NCBI GenBank assembly: GCA_018394315.1
Contig: CP074575.1
Coordinates: forward strand, 1,116,615-1,148,614
Reading direction: 5' to 3'
Length of the DNA stretch: 32,000 nt
Source: Mycoplasmatota bacterium
Lineage (GTDB): Bacteria > Bacillota_I > Bacilli_A > MAG-NZ
The notes under the pieces were generated by a model. The model did no database searches, was not told the origin of the DNA, and saw nothing but the letters and a program-made list of their open reading frames with translations. The position numbers and the translations under genes are program-made. Positions within the stretch are counted from its first letter, which is position 1, and each line of letters opens with the position of its first letter. This document shows, one piece after another, positions 27,161-32,000 of the stretch.

Positions 27161-27893
27161 GATTTTAAAAAACTATAATGAAGTAATTAATGAATCGTAT
27201 AAAGTATTGAGTGAATACTTAACAAAGAAGCAAGATCTTGTTTTGGGACTAGCTACTGGTGAAACAATGATTGGCTTATACAGTAAAATGGTCGATGATC
27301 ATAAGAAAAGCGGTATTGATTACAGCAGGATTAAAACATTTAATCTAGACGAATATTATGGACTTCAAAGAAACCATGCTCAAAGTTACTATCACTACAT
27401 GAACAAACATCTTTTTAGTAAAGTTAACATTAATGAAAAAAACATAGTGTTTCCAAATACATTAAGCAATGTTGATGCTTCTTGCGAAAGGTATAATTTG
27501 GCTTTAGAAGAAAACAAAATTGACTTACAAATTCTAGGAATTGGGAGTAACGGTCACATTGGTTTCAATGAGCCTAAAACAAGTTTTAAGTCTAAGACTA
27601 GATTAGTAGAATTGGACAAAACTACAAGAGTAGATAATTCCAGATTTTTTAATGACCTAGAAGAAGTACCTACTCATGCAATAACAATGGGTATTGAGAA
27701 TATTCTTAGTGCAAAAAAAATAATATTGATTGCTTCTGGAAGCGAGAAATCGAAGGCTATAAGTAAAGCAATTGATGGACCAGTAACAGAATTAGTACCT
27801 GCATCAATATTACAAAGACATCCAAATGTTGAAGTGATAATTGATATAGAGGCAGGAAAGAATTTGAAAGGGAGTATGAACTATGTTAAATAA
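27150..27893 (+). CDS. nagB: Glucosamine-6-phosphate deaminase
   Basis: Motifs LGLATGETM, FNLDEY and LGIGSNGHIGFNEP. I chose the ATG 27150 start (MKIKIL, matching typical NagB N-termini). In-frame ATG 27138 is the alternative. Confidence 0.88.
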   Translation: MKIKILKNYNEVINESYKVLSEYLTKKQDLVLGLATGETMIGLYSKMVDDHKKSGIDYSRIKTFNLDEYYGLQRNHAQSYYHYMNKHLFSKVNINEKNIVFPNTLSNVDASCERYNLALEENKIDLQILGIGSNGHIGFNEPKTSFKSKTRLVELDKTTRVDNSRFFNDLEEVPTHAITMGIENILSAKKIILIASGSEKSKAISKAIDGPVTELVPASILQRHPNVEVIIDIEAGKNLKGSMNYVK

Positions 27894-28161
27894 GAGATTT
27901 AGAGTACTAGATGAGTTAGGAATCCATGCTCGACCTGCTTCCTTACTTGTTGCAAAGGCTCAGTGTTTCGAATCAACTATTACAGTTACTTTTAATGAAA
28001 AAACTAAAGACTTAAAATCACTACTTGGACTTATGACAATGGTTATAAAGCTTGATGATACCTTTACAATATCATGTGAAGGAGCTGATGAAATTGTTGC
28101 AATGGAGTCTATTGTTAAGTTACTTATTAGTGAGAGAATTTGTGAGGAGTGTCAATTATGA
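27883..28161 (+). CDS. ptsH: HPr-type phosphocarrier protein
   Basis: 92 aa with His15 in GIHARPAS and Ser46 in DLKSLLGLM. AAGGGAG SD. The stop overlaps the ptsI start (ATGA). Confidence 0.85.
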   Translation: MLNKRFRVLDELGIHARPASLLVAKAQCFESTITVTFNEKTKDLKSLLGLMTMVIKLDDTFTISCEGADEIVAMESIVKLLISERICEECQL

Positions 28162-29849
28162 AAGTTATAAATGGCATACCAGCAAGTGGTGGCATAAGTA
28201 TTGCTAAAATATTTAAAATCTTTCCTAAAAATCTTGAACTAGTAAAAGTAAACAATTGTGACGTAGACTTGGAGTCTGAACGATTGAAAGATGCGGTATT
28301 AAATGCTAAAGTAGAAATCCTAGAAATAGTCGAAGACGTTATAGCGAAAGCGGGAGAAGCAAAAGCTATGATATTTAGAGCTCATATATTAATGCTTGAA
28401 GATCCTGAGTTCATTGGGGAAGTATACAGTTTAATTGAATCGGAAAATATTAATGCAGAGTTTGCTCTTGATGTAGTAAGTAAGAATTTAATAAGAATAT
28501 TTGAGGGATTAGACAGTCAAGTATTTAAAGAAAGAGCTATTGATGTTAAGGATGTTTCAGATAGAGTTATGAAATACTTAACTAATAGTATTGATGAAGG
28601 TTATCAATTTACTGATGATGTTATTATAGTGACTAATGATTTAACTCCATCAGAGTCTATAAGGATGGATAAAAAATATGTTAGAGGATTTATACTTAAT
28701 GTTGGTGGAAAAACAAGCCATGCAGCGATTCTTGCAAGAGCGTTAGAAATTCCTTCCGTTGTAGGAACAAAGGTAGCATTCGATGAGGTTGAAGATGGAG
28801 ATTTAGTGATTCTTGATGGAGATGAAGGAATTGTAATAGTAAATCCTAACGAAGAGCAGATAGAAAAATACCGTAAACTTAAAGAAAATAAAAAGGAAGA
28901 TTTCTCAGAATTTTTTAATAAAGAAGCAATTACTTTAGATAAAAAGAAAATTAAGATTTATGCTAATATAGCATCTAATGAAGAGATGAATAATGTATTA
29001 AAGAATGGCGCAGAGGGAATTGGACTATTTAGAACAGAATTTATCTTTATGGGACGTAATACTTTTCCTTCTGAGGATGAACAGTTCTCTATTTATAAAA
29101 GTGTGCTTGAAGCAATGAATGAGTCAACTGTAATTATTAGAACATTAGATATTGGTGGCGATAAACAACTACCTTATTTAAAAGAAATTCCAGAAGAAAA
29201 TCCGTTTTTAGGACTAAGGGCTATTAGACTATGTCTAAATGAAGTAGGTTTATTTAAAACACAACTTAGGGCCTTACTTCGAGCTAGTGCATTTGGGAAT
29301 CTTAAAATAATGTTTCCTATGATAACGGTAGTAGAAGAGATGACTGAAGCAAAGAAGGTGCTTGAAGAAGTGAAATCTGAGTTAATTAAAGAAGGGTTTA
29401 ATCTAGGTGAAATTGGGGTTGGAATAATGATAGAAACACCATCCTCAGTTATGTTGGCTGATAAACTAATCAAACATGTAGATTTCTTCAGTATAGGTAC
29501 AAACGATTTAGTTCAATATACAATGGCTGCAGATAGAATGAATGAAAATGTATCTTACTTATATCAGCCTAGTAATCCCGCTATATTAATGATGATAAAG
29601 AAGGTTATTGATATAACTCATAATCATAATAAGTGGACTGGAATTTGCGGGGAAATAGCAAGTGACTTAGAAATGACACCATTATTGATTGGATTAGGTG
29701 TAGACGAATTAAGTGTTATATCTAGTAGTGTTCCTAAACTGAAGAAAAGAATTGGTAACCTTGATTCAAAAGAATGCCAAAAACTATCACAACAAGCTTT
29801 GAATCTATCTAGTTCAAATGAAGTTATTGATTTGCTAAAAAGGTTCTAA
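28158..29849 (+). CDS. ptsI: Phosphoenolpyruvate-protein phosphotransferase (PTS Enzyme I)
   Basis: Motifs GGKTSHAAILARALEIPSVVG, GLFRTEF, FSIGTNDLVQY and ICGE. I place the start at ATG 28158 (GAGGAG SD 8 nt upstream), not GTG 28149. Confidence 0.93.
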   Translation: MKVINGIPASGGISIAKIFKIFPKNLELVKVNNCDVDLESERLKDAVLNAKVEILEIVEDVIAKAGEAKAMIFRAHILMLEDPEFIGEVYSLIESENINAEFALDVVSKNLIRIFEGLDSQVFKERAIDVKDVSDRVMKYLTNSIDEGYQFTDDVIIVTNDLTPSESIRMDKKYVRGFILNVGGKTSHAAILARALEIPSVVGTKVAFDEVEDGDLVILDGDEGIVIVNPNEEQIEKYRKLKENKKEDFSEFFNKEAITLDKKKIKIYANIASNEEMNNVLKNGAEGIGLFRTEFIFMGRNTFPSEDEQFSIYKSVLEAMNESTVIIRTLDIGGDKQLPYLKEIPEENPFLGLRAIRLCLNEVGLFKTQLRALLRASAFGNLKIMFPMITVVEEMTEAKKVLEEVKSELIKEGFNLGEIGVGIMIETPSSVMLADKLIKHVDFFSIGTNDLVQYTMAADRMNENVSYLYQPSNPAILMMIKKVIDITHNHNKWTGICGEIASDLEMTPLLIGLGVDELSVISSSVPKLKKRIGNLDSKECQKLSQQALNLSSSNEVIDLLKRF

Positions 29850-29912
29850 AGTAGATTGAATTATAAAGAATTATTATTTTTAGATTTGTAACTCTAAGAG
29901 GATAAAAAATAG

Positions 29913-29953
29913 GAAACGAAGGCCAAAATTATGCTAATGGCTTTCGTTTTTCT
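29913..29953 (+). terminator. Rho-independent terminator after ptsI
   Basis: GAAACGAAGGCC / GGCTTTCGTTT(T) stem with a 14-nt loop, then a TTTTTCT tail. Confidence 0.6.
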
Positions 29954-30093
29954 GGCTCTCTATCAAGGGTGGGGGTCAAATAAGTAATGATTAAGTACCG
30001 TTCATTTTTGAGTGATACTTTTTTGTACACAATAATGCTGCGAGAGGATGTCTAGAATTTGTGTGTTGGTACAAAATCTTATTTCTGAACGTA

Positions 30094-30294
30094 TTAAAAT
30101 TTCTGATTCCGTAAGACATGAACTTTATCAGTCAATCCGTTACACCTTGGACAATTGTGTTTCATTCGAATTCTAGATAAATTGACCAATAGATACTTAG
30201 AATCGAATGAATATGAATCAATCGCAATAAAATCACCTTTTATGTTAAGTAATGATTTTAAATCCTTATTTGATATGCTAGAATTATTGTGCAT
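30094..30294 (-). pseudogene. Truncated ISL3-family transposase (N-terminal zinc-finger fragment only)
   Basis: 66 aa ending prematurely. It has the LLNIKGDF...(~30 aa)...CPRCNG..KVH architecture typical of ISL3 transposase N-termini. No catalytic domain follows. Confidence 0.65.
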
Positions 30295-30375
30295 AATAAA
30301 ACTCCTTTCGATGTTGGTTTGGTCGCTTACATTATCGGATTTTATTATGCACTTTTTATTTATTTCACAATTCAG

Positions 30376-30407
30376 AAAAAAAACATGGGGATTTACTTAC
30401 CCCCATG
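30376..30407 (-). terminator. Rho-independent terminator downstream of the minus-strand membrane-protein gene
   Basis: On the minus strand: CATGGGG, a ~10-nt loop, CCCCATG, then TTTTTTTT. It starts 53 nt after the stop at 30460. Confidence 0.55.
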
Positions 30408-30459
30408 ATAATTATAGAATCATAGTTAGTTCTTTTTCACCCTTTATATAAATCCTATT

Positions 30460-31119
30460 TTAGAAGGCGTTATTATTTTTAAGTGATTTCCTTTTAGAAA
30501 TCCCTAAAATCATCCCTAAGCATATTCCAAGTATAGAAGCGAATAAAACTTGATATTCTTCTGGTAATAAAAATGTAATTGTATGAGCAGGTATCCAGAA
30601 GAACGGAATTGTTATAAGGATCACAAATGATACAAATTGACTCCAATCAATCGACTTAACCGTTGACGCTAAGTTATGATATTCTTTTAAAGTTTTTAAA
30701 TCAATCACCTTATCTGTGATTCTGTGAAAAGCCATCATAGTTGGAGCAAATGTTAAATTCATTATTAGGCTTACAAAGAATGCGTGTGCCAATTTTGAAC
30801 CATCGAATGGTAAAATCTCATTTAACATTAAATAGGTTACTCCACTACTATAGATACCGAAGATTAAGACGATTACCATACCTATCAATCCCCAAATTAT
30901 TGCCTTTTTAAGAAAACCTAGAGGAATACTCCATTTCTTATTTTTGATTCTCCCCCCGATAAGGTCACCAATTGAAGCTAATACAAAGAATTTTAAGAAT
31001 CCACCAATCAATTTATACCTTGCATTGAAGGATATGAATATATTTCTTGTATACTCGATTGATAAGAAGATTCCAATGCTTAATAAAACTAATCCAATAA
31101 TAATGTCACCTTTTTTCAC
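30460..31119 (-). CDS. Integral membrane protein of unknown function
   Basis: 219 aa with about six hydrophobic segments. GGAGGGA SD on the minus strand before the ATG. I do not recognise a family. Confidence 0.6.
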   Translation of the reverse strand: MKKGDIIIGLVLLSIGIFLSIEYTRNIFISFNARYKLIGGFLKFFVLASIGDLIGGRIKNKKWSIPLGFLKKAIIWGLIGMVIVLIFGIYSSGVTYLMLNEILPFDGSKLAHAFFVSLIMNLTFAPTMMAFHRITDKVIDLKTLKEYHNLASTVKSIDWSQFVSFVILITIPFFWIPAHTITFLLPEEYQVLFASILGICLGMILGISKRKSLKNNNAF

Positions 31120-31687
31120 TATTTCCCTCCATGATTACTTTTTTTAATCAATATACTTATACAAATATCTTAACACATAAAATAACATTTTGACTAGATG
31201 GTTTGGTTCTAGTGCACATATTAGTAGGTAAAAGGTACTAGCATTACTTTTTAAACAAGCTTTTATTTTCATTCTCTTATTCGGCTTCATTACTAAAGAG
31301 AAGATGATAGTTTTTAGAGGGAAAGATTGATATTCTAACACGTATATAATCTTGATTATGATATCAGAAAGAATATGAAAATTATCTGTCCAATACTAGA
31401 AAACTTCTTTATTTGTCTAGTTATATTTAATATCGGATGTTTTGCCCTTACTTTACTAAGTGTAAGAGCTACTGTATTAATTAATATTGTATCATTTGGT
31501 AGTATTTAGTAATATTACGTTGTATACTTTTAATAGAACATTTTCAGAAAGTGTTATAGTAACTTTAAATGAAATTACTTTGAAGAAGAATTCACATCAT
31601 GAAATTACCGACAAGAATAGGATTGAACCTTGAATGGATTATGATAAATATAATCAATAAAGAGATTTAAGTGAGGAGTGTGGAAAT

Positions 31688-32000
31688 TTGAATTATTGGG
31701 CAAAAAAATTGTTTTCTTATAATAAGATTTATGATCAAAAGGGAAGCGAAGATTTATTTTTAGAGTCGATAAAAGAGTCGATTTTACATCATAAAGAAAA
31801 TTGTCAAATGTATAAAGATTTACTAAAAAGTGAAAACTTCGATGTAGAATGTCTTAAATCAATTAATGATCTGTATAAAATACCAACAATACCTGCAAAC
31901 TTCTTGAAGTATCACGAAGTTTTAAGTGTAAAGAAAGAAGATATAATAGTTAATGCGACTTCTTCAGGTACTTTTGGACAAAAAAGCCAAGTATTTCTAG
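31688..32000 (+). CDS. LuxE-family acyl-protein synthetase / adenylate-forming enzyme, 3'-partial (runs off window)
   Basis: Absent from the ORF track because it is truncated by the window end. TTG start 9 nt after a GAGGAG SD. The translation (...ILHHKENCQMYKDLL...DLYKIPTIPANFLKYHEVL...ATSSGTFGQKSQVFL) is colinear with the LuxE N-terminus (HY.HC.EYR ... DIP.FPTSVFKF ... TSSGT.G.KSQV). Confidence 0.75.
   Translation, partial: MNYWAKKLFSYNKIYDQKGSEDLFLESIKESILHHKENCQMYKDLLKSENFDVECLKSINDLYKIPTIPANFLKYHEVLSVKKEDIIVNATSSGTFGQKSQVFL

Larger units (their letters stand above)
29954..30421 (-). mobile_element. Internally deleted ISL3-family insertion-sequence remnant
   Basis: The left end starts with GGCTCTC directly after the ptsI terminator. 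It contains a transposase N-terminal fragment (30294..30094) and, in another frame, a C-terminal-like fragment (30110..29991: GIRNFNTFRNKIL...). A degenerate matching end lies near 30391-30421, with ATTTACTTA, CCCCCA and TGATA blocks in the same order as the reverse complement of the left end. The right boundary is uncertain. Confidence 0.5.

Noticed and set aside
28135-28161. C-terminal CEEC (CxxC-like) tail on the HPr homologue as a possible redox or metal motif.
   Set aside because: These codons (tgt gag gag tgt) contain the GAGGAG SD for ptsI, so the tail is most simply explained by translational-coupling constraints.
30155-30451. 98-aa plus-strand ORF across the IS remnant.
   Set aside because: It lies antisense to the transposase fragment and runs through a terminator hairpin. 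The peptide is low-complexity, with no SD and no motif.
472-31341. Short ORFs from the track lying antisense to or inside strong genes: 472..666, 4368..4679, 6565..6813, 8037..8261, 12441..12653, 12873..13061, 13120..13329, 16283..16495, 17230..17493, 18383..18715, 19880..20074, 23429..23623, 23947..24153, 24313..24627, 25721..25933, 26830..27150, 29174..29473, 30944..31147, 31144..31341.
   Set aside because: Each overlaps a long ORF with clear family motifs on the other strand or frame. Their translations are low-complexity (Ser/Ile/Phe/Leu-rich), no SD sites were noticed, and none shows a recognisable motif. This is typical shadow-ORF behaviour.
1-32000. Scan for CRISPR arrays, tRNA/rRNA genes, riboswitch/T-box leaders and defence-system genes.
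   Set aside because: No regularly spaced repeats, cloverleaf-like segments or long structured leaders were seen. The intergenic space is small, and every large ORF has a metabolic, transport or regulatory assignment.

Overview
AT-rich, almost fully coding segment with Bacillota-style Shine-Dalgarno sites and the standard genetic code (TGA, TAA and TAG all end genes). I saw no rRNA, tRNA or CRISPR. All calls come from reading motifs by eye; no database search was possible. Block 1 (1-21.4 kb) is a peptide uptake and catabolism island. It begins with a 5'-partial family-5 substrate-binding protein whose lobes are in an unusual order, followed by an attenuator hairpin. Next comes oppBCDF, which runs with gaps of 0-32 nt (one gap of 139 nt) into six cytoplasmic exopeptidase genes: two tandem copies of a two-gene M24 module, an M29 aminopeptidase and a PepV-like M20 dipeptidase. 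After that come an aminotransferase with its own promoter, two canonical M24B genes, a ridA / YheO-type regulator / aminotransferase cassette, and a convergent third copy of the long M24 type. That makes seven M24 paralogues in three subfamilies. Block 2 (21.7-29.9 kb) is one co-directional unit: a PRD/EIIB/EIIA-domain regulator, ascorbate-family (UlaB/UlaA-type) PTS EIIB and EIIC, a UPF0309-like SIS protein, an internal hairpin, nagA, nagB, and its own HPr and Enzyme I. No stand-alone EIIA is present. Block 3 (29.95-32 kb) holds an internally deleted ISL3-type IS remnant, a minus-strand membrane protein, an AT-rich spacer, and the 5' part of a LuxE-family acyl-protein synthetase gene that runs off the window. 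The best leads are: (i) the permuted or partially duplicated binding protein; (ii) the Opp-coupled M24 array with a duplicated heterotypic gene pair and a Glu-to-Asp change at a predicted metal ligand; (iii) the UlaA-type PTS wired to SIS/NagA/NagB with private HPr/EI and no EIIA, suggesting an uncharacterised amino-sugar specificity; and (iv) a promoter-embedded palindrome in front of the ridA / YheO-type regulator cassette.
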